Source: a virus. From it: a stretch of DNA of 64,000 nucleotides. Under the pieces are notes generated by a model that ran no database searches, had not been told where the DNA came from, and saw nothing but the letters and a program-made list of their open reading frames with translations. This document shows, piece after piece, positions 28,117 through 37,510 of this stretch (its first letter is position 1; each line of letters starts with the position of its first letter). Where the stretch lies: the IMG/VR virus record IMGVR_UViG_3300036823_000301, positions 10,424 through 74,423 of that record; one strand, 5' to 3'. Both the position numbers and the translations under genes were made by a program.

Positions 28117-31100
28117 TAAACACCAGTATCGTTGGATGATAGCACGACAACGGATCGTGCTGGAATATTTAAAGAACCATCTGTAAGGTTAGCTATCGGA
28201 TGCGATGCATAAAGGGGTGGATTGCTGTTCGCTGGTGACATCTCCCAATAGTTGAAAGTTGACCCAGTTAGCCCTTGCACGGTAAAAGAAGATGCAACGG
28301 CGGACGTATCATAGTTTGTGATCCAAACAGACCAATTAGTTGAGGTTCCATAAGGCACAGATGCAAACACTAGAAAATTTGCTGGTAAACCACTCCCGAG
28401 AGTGACTGTGTGTTGAGTTCCAGGCATTGTACGTCCGAGCTTACCAAGCACATACCCCTGTGGATAGATCGTATTACCATCGTTAGACACAATTTTGAAA
28501 TTGTTATTCTGGTCTTGTTCCCAAATGGCGCTTCCCCATGCACGTGATCCAGCACTTTTCAGTGCCAAACCAGTATACAAAGATACAAAAAGAGCACCAT
28601 CGCTTGTAGCGAGCATGGGTTCAGTGCCATTGTAATCAATATTATATTCACTCATAAATAATTGAGAAGAAGGGAAAAATTGAGCAATCACCTGTAGATC
28701 AGAATTCTGTCGGGTCACCGTTTTAGCTAGCATGCTAGCAGCATCGTTTACGGTATAGCCCCCTGTTAAATAGCAGTGCCAATCGATAAAATCAGGTTTG
28801 TTGCTGTTACTTGCCAAAGCAGACAAAAATCCATTGCTGCTAGCATCTCCAGCATCAGCATACACTGGACCACCGACCCAATAGTTCGGATTAATTTTTT
28901 TCAACGCTGTGTAGCAGGTATTGAAGTTGCTTATCCAAGCTGATGCGGTAATTCCCGGCTCATTATAAATTTGCCAGATGAAGCACTCTACACCTTTACT
29001 TTTGAAAAGGTTTGCAATCGCTGTGCAATCAGATGCTGTTGCAGCATAATTAGTTTCTGATCCACCAAGTGTAAATGCATTGAGCATGTGGCCCGGTGTC
29101 GTGTCTGTAGGACCAGTCCCCTGCACCCAATACGCAGATGATCCAGTGAAATAATTCACCGTGCCAGATGTGTCTGTTCCATTGGCTGCGGCCGTCCAGC
29201 TCGGTGTACTGCCGGTTGCGTTATTTCGGAAAAGACGAAACCCAAGCTGGCGATATTTCGCTTGGAAATTAGAATTCAAAAACGGTAAAAAATCATTCGA
29301 GGAACCGGCAAAGTCGCCGCCTTCAGTTCCCACACCCCATAGATACGGACTGATTGTGCTCACAGTCGATGTTTGAACAGCAATTCCTTTCGCAACGGCT
29401 GTTCCACCGACAATGGTTGCACCAGCGCTTGCGGTGACAGATTTCGCAGATGTCAGGGGGGAACCGCTTGCCCCTGTCATTTTGCCAATAATATTGAAAC
29501 TATACGTGCCCGCTCCAATTGTGGCATTAGCCAACGTCAGGTTCGTGCCAGAGACACCAAACAGGTTCGCATTTGTGCCTGAAAGCGTGAGTCCGCCGGA
29601 CAGATCCGGGACGAACGTTCCCCCTGTCGTAGCCACAGTAATAGGACTGACGACGGTTCCAACAGCAGAGTTCGCGGCAAAAGTTGTGGTAGGTAACGTG
29701 ATGCTAGTCAACGTTACTGAGGCTGGATTCTCGATCACTAAAGTTACGGAACCTGTCGCGGTCGCTGTGTTCGCTGAATCCTGAATATGTATAACAAAAC
29801 TAGATGAGGCCGCGGCAACAAGTGGATGTGTAAATGAAAAAGTAGTTGCGGTAACTATGGGAGACGGAATATTAGTAAATGATCCGCTGTTATCAGCATA
29901 TTGTAGTGTCGTAGGTGCCACGGTGTAGTTTGTCAGTGTCCCGGACACTACAAACGTTTGATTGATGATCTGCGTGTTAACGGTCGATACCGACAACGAA
30001 GGTCCTGGAGGCCGTGGATCGACGGTGCCAAAATCGTCCCAGTTCGTACCATCCCATGTCCACCAATTACCCGGCGTGGGAAAATCACTATCGACTACCT
30101 GCTGGTACATGACGTTGTTGTACCACAGCAACAGCGTCACGCTGGATGACGTGCCGGCAGCAGCACCATTCAAAAGAATAACACCCCCAACGACGGTCCA
30201 GATCCCACCACTGTTGTCTATGATTTGCGAGGCTGATGGAATTGTGGTTCCGCTCGCGGATGCCCCTGCCGCTTGAGCGATCATCGAGCTGAATGTGTGG
30301 GTCAGGGGGGACCCTACTGCACCGGCTTGGGTCGCTGTGACAGTGTCTGAGTAGGTTCCAGGTAACAAGGCTGATGCTGTCGTCAATGTCGTACCGCTCA
30401 GCGTAAACTGTGCTGTGTTGGTATGATTTAATGTGCCAGTGAACGATCCGGTTGGGCTCGTTGTGACAGAAATTGTGCCAACAGTCGCACCAGATTGATT
30501 CGCGTTGAAAGACGTCGCAGACAAATTAATTACGCTTAATGTAATCGTAGCCTGTGCGGTCAACGTGTTGAGCGTCGAAGACAGCGGGGAATTCGTGGCC
30601 CCTTGGAGGGTCGCTGTGATGGTGTCGGTGTAGGTTCCGACGGCCAACGCAACCGCCGTCGTCAATGTTGTGCCAGTTAGCGTAAATTGGGCGCTGTTGG
30701 TGTGTGACAAGATGCCAGTAAAGGCTCCCACAGGAGTTGTGTTGACAGTGAGGCTACCGATCGAAGCACCGGCGACGTTCGCGGTAAAATTCGTATTGGA
30801 CAGTGTGATGGAATTTAAGGTGACAGTCGGAGCTGGCCCTTGTGTGATTCCGGTCTGTGATAGTGCATAAACACAAAACGTTCCGTCTGTTGTCTCATTT
30901 AGCGGCGGCGCGGTTGAAACCCAAGTTGTACCATTCCAGAAGCTCCACCCTGGTGTCCCCCCTGTCCCTCCGGAACCAGGGAGATTTCCGGGAGCAGTGG
31001 CAGCATTGAAATTGGCACCATCCCACGAAAACCAATTTCCGCTTGAGGAATCTTGCGCGTAAACAACACCGTTGTAGAGATCGATCGCGCCGGTCCCACC

Positions 31101-31664
31101 GGCGCCAGGGACGTCGTTGCCGTTTTCAACAACATTCCCTGAAGTGTCGATCGACCAGACATTTCCTGACGAATCCGTAAAAGAGCCAGAGCCGGGGGTC
31201 GCATAGGTTCCACTCCCAGTGCCGGAACCCGGCAAGTTTCCCGGTGCAGTCGCTGAATCAAAGGACGACCCATTCCAAGTGAACCAGTTCCCGCTGGCAC
31301 CGTCCTCCGCGTAGACCTGCCCATTGTAGAGATCGATCGCTCCGGTGCCATCACCACCGGGAATCGCTGTACCGTTTTCCAGCACATTGCCATTGGTATC
31401 AATCGACCAAATGTTGCCCGAGCCATCCACAAATTGGCCGACACCGGGCGTGGCGTACGTACCTTGCCCGGTGTTTGTTGTCATTTCAAGTTGGTAGACG
31501 AAATGATTGTGGTAAGCGAGGATCAGGACCCCACTTGTTGCCCCTGTCACCACGACGCCGTTTTTCGTTGCGGCCCCGGATGAATTGATCTCCCACGAAT
31601 CAAAAGGACCTAATATTGGTGCCGCAGTTCCTGGTGTCTGCGAAGCTAAAATGACCCCGCTCAT
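28116..31664 (-). CDS. Virion glycoside hydrolase (clan GH-A) paralogue with four Trp-rich modules and three cadherin-like domains
   Basis: WQIYNEP, VGGP, DFIDWHCY, FMSEYN, IPARSVVVL; colinear with the C-terminal part of the 828-aa gene. Confidence 0.78.
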   Translation of the reverse strand: MSGVILASQTPGTAAPILGPFDSWEINSSGAATKNGVVVTGATSGVLILAYHNHFVYQLEMTTNTGQGTYATPGVGQFVDGSGNIWSIDTNGNVLENGTAIPGGDGTGAIDLYNGQVYAEDGASGNWFTWNGSSFDSATAPGNLPGSGTGSGTYATPGSGSFTDSSGNVWSIDTSGNVVENGNDVPGAGGTGAIDLYNGVVYAQDSSSGNWFSWDGANFNAATAPGNLPGSGGTGGTPGWSFWNGTTWVSTAPPLNETTDGTFCVYALSQTGITQGPAPTVTLNSITLSNTNFTANVAGASIGSLTVNTTPVGAFTGILSHTNSAQFTLTGTTLTTAVALAVGTYTDTITATLQGATNSPLSSTLNTLTAQATITLSVINLSATSFNANQSGATVGTISVTTSPTGSFTGTLNHTNTAQFTLSGTTLTTASALLPGTYSDTVTATQAGAVGSPLTHTFSSMIAQAAGASASGTTIPSASQIIDNSGGIWTVVGGVILLNGAAAGTSSSVTLLLWYNNVMYQQVVDSDFPTPGNWWTWDGTNWDDFGTVDPRPPGPSLSVSTVNTQIINQTFVVSGTLTNYTVAPTTLQYADNSGSFTNIPSPIVTATTFSFTHPLVAAASSSFVIHIQDSANTATATGSVTLVIENPASVTLTSITLPTTTFAANSAVGTVVSPITVATTGGTFVPDLSGGLTLSGTNANLFGVSGTNLTLANATIGAGTYSFNIIGKMTGASGSPLTSAKSVTASAGATIVGGTAVAKGIAVQTSTVSTISPYLWGVGTEGGDFAGSSNDFLPFLNSNFQAKYRQLGFRLFRNNATGSTPSWTAAANGTDTSGTVNYFTGSSAYWVQGTGPTDTTPGHMLNAFTLGGSETNYAATASDCTAIANLFKSKGVECFIWQIYNEPGITASAWISNFNTCYTALKKINPNYWVGGPVYADAGDASSNGFLSALASNSNKPDFIDWHCYLTGGYTVNDAASMLAKTVTRQNSDLQVIAQFFPSSQLFMSEYNIDYNGTEPMLATSDGALFVSLYTGLALKSAGSRAWGSAIWEQDQNNNFKIVSNDGNTIYPQGYVLGKLGRTMPGTQHTVTLGSGLPANFLVFASVPYGTSTNWSVWITNYDTSAVASSFTVQGLTGSTFNYWEMSPANSNPPLYASHPIANLTDGSLNIPARSVVVLSSNDTGV

Positions 31665-31843
31665 GAAGCGAACCAGTCCTCCGTTGTCTTACTAACCGGA
31701 CCGCTTAGATGCCGGCGTAGATAGATCCGCTTTTCAGTGGATTTGGCCAACCATTGCCAGCCACTACCAGCATAAAGGATATCACGGCTTTTCAGCCACT
31801 CTTCTTCCGTCAGACAGCGGCTATCGTAAACAGATTTTTCCAT
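31661..31843 (-). CDS. Small hypothetical protein
   Basis: ATGA-coupled to the downstream gene. Confidence 0.4.
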   Translation of the reverse strand: MEKSVYDSRCLTEEEWLKSRDILYAGSGWQWLAKSTEKRIYLRRHLSGPVSKTTEDWFAS

Positions 31844-31856
31844 CTGGTCGCTTATA

Positions 31857-32963
31857 TCAGGTTTGTCTGATTACTTGTGTGCCTTCTGACGATTCGAGGA
31901 TCGTGACAGATGCAGCGCCTGTGCCTGCAATACGGCTTGTCCCCTGTTGCGTATGAGCCGCCGTGGTCGTCGCTGCTGTAACATTACCGGTGCCAGCAAG
32001 CGCGGCTTGCCCAACCTGTTGGTGGCCTGGAATGATCGCGCTGACCTTAACCGAAACTGCGCCCGGAATCACAGCGCTTGCATTGGCTCCAGATGCCTGG
32101 GCCACAACAACGGCCGAACCTCGCAGCGTTGCCGTCCCAGCGGCCGGCGTATGTGGTGCACCGATAATCGTACCCTGTGCTGAGATATTGATCATCGCGA
32201 ACTGCGGCAGGTTCCCCCTGACAATGAGCGAACCAGAGCCTTGAATCGTCGCAAAGCTGTTATTGCTCGGAACAACAACCGGAAGGCTTTGAATCTGCGA
32301 TGGGTCAACACCCCACGCGCCGATGTCGAGCCCGCTGATAAACGAGGTCTCGACATCGAGTCCGAACAGGGGAGCTGTCTCGTAGCTGGTCACGTAGATG
32401 TTGAGCCGCACACCTTCCGGCTTAAACGGCACATAGTTACCTGTGATCATATAAAATATGAGGCGAGGTGGATATTGACCGGAAATTCCGATATCCATAG
32501 TCATGTCATAATTATCGATGATGCCAAAGATTGTAGACGGATATGGATTTAGAATTGTTTGCAGCGCCTGCTGCATTTGTGTAATCGTACCATTCCATTG
32601 ATTGGCAACAATTTTAGCACGTAGGAGTTGACGATAAGTTTCATCGTCAAAACTGGTCAGCCCTTCAGATGGCGTAAACGGCCCGAACCACACCCCCTGA
32701 TCAAAGCCGAGGCCAGGGATGTCGAATGAAAAAAAGACATCTGGTAGTGGTACTTCAATTTGTCGGGACCGGCCAATCCACAAACCATCAATATCAAGCT
32801 GAACACCAACAGCTTCATCGAGATCGAATTGCTGTGGAAGACCTTCGAGAAATCGCTGCAATGAGACAAGCGGCGCCGTCAGTAGCGAGACTGTTGCTTC
32901 GAATTTCGGTTTGCCGCGATGTTCTCCGGCTAAGAGACTAATGTAATCCTGAATTGTTCTCAA
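31857..32963 (-). CDS. Baseplate wedge protein (DUF2612) with C-terminal repeat extension
   Basis: FDLDEAVGVQLDI.G.WIGRSR, DDETYR.LLRAKI.ANQWNGT, KPEGV; then ~140 extra aa of A.I.G.G repeats. Confidence 0.9.
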   Translation of the reverse strand: MRTIQDYISLLAGEHRGKPKFEATVSLLTAPLVSLQRFLEGLPQQFDLDEAVGVQLDIDGLWIGRSRQIEVPLPDVFFSFDIPGLGFDQGVWFGPFTPSEGLTSFDDETYRQLLRAKIVANQWNGTITQMQQALQTILNPYPSTIFGIIDNYDMTMDIGISGQYPPRLIFYMITGNYVPFKPEGVRLNIYVTSYETAPLFGLDVETSFISGLDIGAWGVDPSQIQSLPVVVPSNNSFATIQGSGSLIVRGNLPQFAMINISAQGTIIGAPHTPAAGTATLRGSAVVVAQASGANASAVIPGAVSVKVSAIIPGHQQVGQAALAGTGNVTAATTTAAHTQQGTSRIAGTGAASVTILESSEGTQVIRQT

Positions 32964-32966
32964 ATT

Positions 32967-34409
32967 CTATGCCACGTTCAAGGTAACGTTTGTCGCTGAA
33001 ATCGTTGCTGCTTCGTTGAATGCCAAAATCACATCTGCTTGCGACGCAAGCAGCGTCACTGTTGCTGAGTTCGAATGCGTGGCAGCGCTCGATCCATTAT
33101 AGCCGCGAACGACAACCCACACGGCGGTCCCCTGTCCCCCTGTCACAAGCATAGTCTCACTGTCTATTTGGATCAAATACGGCGAGAGCAGGGGAAACCC
33201 GATACTGTCAGACAGATCAATCGTATTGATGGTCGTGTTGCTGATTGCTCCACTTAATGTGGTCGATTCGACACGTGACATCAGCACGCTGATGAGTTCG
33301 AAACTGGTCGGATCTGCTGGAGCTGTCAAAATTGCGAACGGACCCATCAGGTTAGCTGGCACGAACACACGACTCATCAGCACCGACTGACCAATCGATA
33401 GCGAATTGATATAATTAACCACAGAATTGATAATATTATTACCAATAATTGACGTGTAACCTGTTAAATTATGAAGATTTATGGTTACTGTGATCGTCAC
33501 CTCAATAGGGCGCCAGAAATTAATCGTATGTTGCACCCCACTGGAATCAATAACGTTTTGGGAGGTGCTACCATAAGTACCTGCCCCAGGCGTTTTCTTC
33601 AATGCTATCGTATTCGCAATTGTCTGGGCATCTCCACCATCGACAACTAACGAAATCGAATGTGAGGGAAGTCCATTCGAATCCGTCGTATCGGTATCGT
33701 TTTCGTAGGGCTGTAAACGCGCCACGCCGGTAATTGACGAAACCGCGCCAACGATCCCATCGAGCACAGTCAAACTTGGCAGCATCGTTGAAACCGTCTG
33801 CCGCTTGGTCAACGTCGGATCACTCTCAACTGGTTGGCCTAGCAAAGCATCAGCTGGATTGTTTACACTCTGCCAGCCACTGATTGGCGTCAAAATTTTG
33901 ACGACAGTGTTAGCGGTGGCGGCGACCGCACCAGAGGTTTCACAAACCGCAGTAACAGTAATCTGGCCTTCGTTTGGAATCGTAGCCGTTGGCAGATCCC
34001 ATCGATAGGTGCCATCCCCCACTACTGCATTGATTATTGGCGTTCCGGTGACGCCAATAATGATCACATCAACCATGGAATTCGTCGGAACCAGACGGCT
34101 GATACCATTGATCTTGACAACGCTGGAGAGGCCGGTCCCTTGCGCAGATTGTGGCGAAAACGAATTATAGGCCGCTGTGGCCATGGTATTAGCATCGTTA
34201 TAGGCCGCAGCAAGCAGTCCGATCAGTTCACCATCTTGGCTATCGCTGCCGAGATAGACGTCAGAACCGTAGATTGCCTGATAGCCTTCGGTGAAATAGT
34301 TAAGAATATCAGGAAAGGTCGGGATATGAATTCCCGTCGAATCTATGGTGCAAACCGGCGGAGTCGGAAGATTTATAGTTACAATTGACGGTGTCGTAGT
34401 GCCGCTCAT
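32967..34409 (-). CDS. Baseplate J/gp47-like wedge protein with inserted domain
   Basis: IYG.DVYL..DSQDG, GW.SV.N, ESD..L..RQ, YENDT...D.NGLP.HSI..VV.GG, KKTPG. Confidence 0.92.
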   Translation of the reverse strand: MSGTTTPSIVTINLPTPPVCTIDSTGIHIPTFPDILNYFTEGYQAIYGSDVYLGSDSQDGELIGLLAAAYNDANTMATAAYNSFSPQSAQGTGLSSVVKINGISRLVPTNSMVDVIIIGVTGTPIINAVVGDGTYRWDLPTATIPNEGQITVTAVCETSGAVAATANTVVKILTPISGWQSVNNPADALLGQPVESDPTLTKRQTVSTMLPSLTVLDGIVGAVSSITGVARLQPYENDTDTTDSNGLPSHSISLVVDGGDAQTIANTIALKKTPGAGTYGSTSQNVIDSSGVQHTINFWRPIEVTITVTINLHNLTGYTSIIGNNIINSVVNYINSLSIGQSVLMSRVFVPANLMGPFAILTAPADPTSFELISVLMSRVESTTLSGAISNTTINTIDLSDSIGFPLLSPYLIQIDSETMLVTGGQGTAVWVVVRGYNGSSAATHSNSATVTLLASQADVILAFNEAATISATNVTLNVA

Positions 34410-37400
34410 TACGCGATAACCTTATTTTTGGTATGACGGCGACCAATGACAATAGTACGCCACGGAGCGAGCGGTTCAGGGTGCGGTGCACGCTTAATGT
34501 TAACCGCGACAAAGACATGACCTTCGCCAGAGATGCTTGGTGTGTCGTGTTCCGGATACACCAAGGCGTCAATCCGGATTCGAACAAGGCCATTAATATT
34601 CGCTCGCGCAACGCCGACAGGCGCGACAAGGGTTGCCACACCGCCTGTCCCGGTAATGGTCGCGCTGGTCGAAATATCGTGCACCGCTTCCACGATGATA
34701 CTTCCAGATCCAGCAATTGCCATCGGTGCGGTCAAGATGGACGATCCGACGAAAAGCGCTACTGAGCCACTCCCTTGAATTGTGGCGGAGGCGAACGGTG
34801 TGTGGGTGGCTGTGGCCAACGCCCCCCCTGTTCCCATCAAGTTCGGCTGGGCTTCCAGCACAGTGACTTCGACCAAAGTCACTGTGCTTAAAGGGGCGAT
34901 TCCGATGGCTGCTTGCGGTGTGTGAGTCGCCTGGACGACAATGCCCACGATTCCTGTTATCTGCGGAACAGCCACCTTATAGGCCAGTGCCGCAGTCGTT
35001 ATCGCGGCCGTACCAGGTAGTGTAATGCTCCCAGCCAACGAGGGCGCGATACCAGCCAACACCGAGCCGGCGCCAGCCAACGCCAATGGCGCGCCAGCAA
35101 AAAGAACAAATTGTGAAGCACTGAGACTACCTGCCGGCGCAATAGCCACCGGGTTCGTCGCATTAACAATCAAGGCAGTCGCGGCAGCGGAGCCTGCAAC
35201 AGCAATTGTTGCAGCAGCCTGGGGTGTGTGAATCGCGCTCGCAGCGACATTGACGACACCCGCGCTCGAAGCGGTTGGCTGAACGATGAGTAGAGCTGTG
35301 CTATTGGCCCCCCCTGTCGCTCCGATACTGATAACGGCGGAATCCAGCACGCTGGCAAAGGGCACGAAAATTGTACCGGCACCAGATAGGATCGTGTTCT
35401 GTGGAGGCACCCGATCGGCGCCGACCATAACGCTACCAGCGCCAGTAATCGGCGAACTAATCGTGTCTGCTTGTGGCGTGTGAGTCGATGTGGCACTTGC
35501 CACACCATTTCCAGATATCGTCAATGCGGCCTGGGTATCGATAAGGATCGGACTGGATGCCGCTTGCCCAGTCCCAACAACCGTTACCGACCCCCCCGCA
35601 CTGTTGGCAGCGGTAACCGTGACGTTGGCTGTGCCGGAAACAGGGGGGGCAGCTGTGGGTGTGTGGGAAGCCGTGCTGCTGACCCCCCCTGACCCCCCCA
35701 GCGTTGATGTAGTAATGGGAAGAAGGATTGCGTTCGGTAAGACTGTGCCAACACCGCTGGCTTGGACCGCAGCCTGCGGTGTATGGGTGGCGTTGAGTGT
35801 GACAGTTGCTGCACCCGCTGGTCCGGCAACTGCTTGTGCGATGAACAGAGTCGATAAACTAAGAGAACCGCTGCCAGCGAACACCGCTGAGCCCGGTGAT
35901 ATATGCAAACCATCAACTGCAACACCGCTGACCGGCCCAAGCGAGACCACCGCTTGGGGTGTATGGGTGGCGTTGCCGATAAGTTGGCCGGAGCCTGCGA
36001 GCGTGGGCGCTGCCGGCGCGGTGTGGCTTGAATCAGAAACGGCTTGCCCACTACCAGACAAGACCGCTTGCGGACCGGCTATGTAGCCGGTCGTAGCTGT
36101 GGCATTTCCGGTAAGCGCTATATTGGCGACGGCGGCCGGATTGTGGGTCGCATTAACGGTGACACTAGCAACAGCTACCGTTGAAGCTGTGACAGCTTCA
36201 AGCAATGCAGCACGCGCGACGGCCGTCCCGAGAGCAGCTTGTGCAAGCTGACCGTGCTCAATCGCACGTGCAACCGGGGTAACAAGACCGGTTCCGGTGA
36301 TAGCAGCAGAAGTCTGCTGCACCAACACAAGTTCCCAAGGGCCTATATCGCAAGCTGTACCTTGTGGCCGAGACGTCCCGGCAACGTCGTCGGTTACCGG
36401 CATACTAGTTGTTGTAGCGGGTCCCGCGTTTAATGCGTCAGCCGTCCGGAGTATGCGAAAGTCAGTTGCGGGATTGACAAACTGATTCGTTGTGATTTTT
36501 GAAAAAAGATTACCACCACCGTCAACAGCGTGCTGGCTGCTGAACCAAGAATTCGACGTATTTGAGAAAATGCAATGATCAATATTATTCGTGGCACCGG
36601 AGCTGCCAATCGGTGGGGATGTATCGGAGAATCCGAAAAACATCGAATTCTTGACAATATTAGCCGTGCCAGAGCTATTGTTATTGTTGAACCCAGCAGC
36701 AGTATTGTTGCCAGAAACCGTATTCAAAAATAAACAGTTATAGACACTGATTGGTGTGGCGCTGTCGCCATTAAACCCTTGCAAACACCAACCGAATTCA
36801 TTGTTGGCACCCCGATTGATGAAAGTGCAATTGGCTACGTTGCCGCCGGAATGGCCCACCATACCACCGGCAGATGTCTGCACGTAGCCGTCATAGAGGC
36901 AGTCATAGAGGTTAACGGCGCCGTTCGGGCCGCCGTCCATGATGGTCGAGCCTGACCCTGAATTCGGGTCCTGGAACTGAACACCGATGATCGTGCTATT
37001 GGATGGTAGCCGAAGATAATTCGTCGCGCCTGTACCTGTTGCAGGCAGTGTAAAACTGACGCCGGCAGCGGCATTGAATGCCAATGGTGTCGATTGACCA
37101 GCTAATGTATCACGATAGCTTTCACCCTGCGCACATTGAACCGTTACCGTATTAGTTGGGGATGTGCCAAAATAGTTTGATAAGTCGAGATACTGTGTCC
37201 CGCTAGTCGTAGTGATCGTGCCGTTGTTCCAAAGACTGGCAACGACAGCTTGAGTCAGGTCAGCTTCTGAAAATGACGCTCCCCAAGCCAGAAGCGATGT
37301 GAAATCTATCGAGGACAGATATTTCCAAACGCAGGACCCATCCGTGATGCTGGACCCTGTTGTCGTTGGACCACCCGAAGCTGCGGACGTGCCAGCCGTG

Positions 37401-37510
37401 ACCAATTGATAAGCATTACCAGAATTTGAAATTCTGGTGCCGATTGTCGTATAGGCGTGGGAGGTCGCCCACGCCGATAGATTGTAATGAATCTGTGACG
37501 TAATGGTCAT
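34409..37510 (-). CDS. Fibre protein: W/Y-rich N-terminus, beta-helix (pectin-lyase-like) domain, ~25-aa Ala/Gly/Thr repeats
   Basis: NCTF..N beta-helix rungs ending DDVAGTSRPQG...DIGPWE; many THTPQA..(A)xxxGxGxV repeats. Confidence 0.75.
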   Translation of the reverse strand: MTITSQIHYNLSAWATSHAYTTIGTRISNSGNAYQLVTAGTSAASGGPTTTGSSITDGSCVWKYLSSIDFTSLLAWGASFSEADLTQAVVASLWNNGTITTTSGTQYLDLSNYFGTSPTNTVTVQCAQGESYRDTLAGQSTPLAFNAAAGVSFTLPATGTGATNYLRLPSNSTIIGVQFQDPNSGSGSTIMDGGPNGAVNLYDCLYDGYVQTSAGGMVGHSGGNVANCTFINRGANNEFGWCLQGFNGDSATPISVYNCLFLNTVSGNNTAAGFNNNNSSGTANIVKNSMFFGFSDTSPPIGSSGATNNIDHCIFSNTSNSWFSSQHAVDGGGNLFSKITTNQFVNPATDFRILRTADALNAGPATTTSMPVTDDVAGTSRPQGTACDIGPWELVLVQQTSAAITGTGLVTPVARAIEHGQLAQAALGTAVARAALLEAVTASTVAVASVTVNATHNPAAVANIALTGNATATTGYIAGPQAVLSGSGQAVSDSSHTAPAAPTLAGSGQLIGNATHTPQAVVSLGPVSGVAVDGLHISPGSAVFAGSGSLSLSTLFIAQAVAGPAGAATVTLNATHTPQAAVQASGVGTVLPNAILLPITTSTLGGSGGVSSTASHTPTAAPPVSGTANVTVTAANSAGGSVTVVGTGQAASSPILIDTQAALTISGNGVASATSTHTPQADTISSPITGAGSVMVGADRVPPQNTILSGAGTIFVPFASVLDSAVISIGATGGANSTALLIVQPTASSAGVVNVAASAIHTPQAAATIAVAGSAAATALIVNATNPVAIAPAGSLSASQFVLFAGAPLALAGAGSVLAGIAPSLAGSITLPGTAAITTAALAYKVAVPQITGIVGIVVQATHTPQAAIGIAPLSTVTLVEVTVLEAQPNLMGTGGALATATHTPFASATIQGSGSVALFVGSSILTAPMAIAGSGSIIVEAVHDISTSATITGTGGVATLVAPVGVARANINGLVRIRIDALVYPEHDTPSISGEGHVFVAVNIKRAPHPEPLAPWRTIVIGRRHTKNKVIA

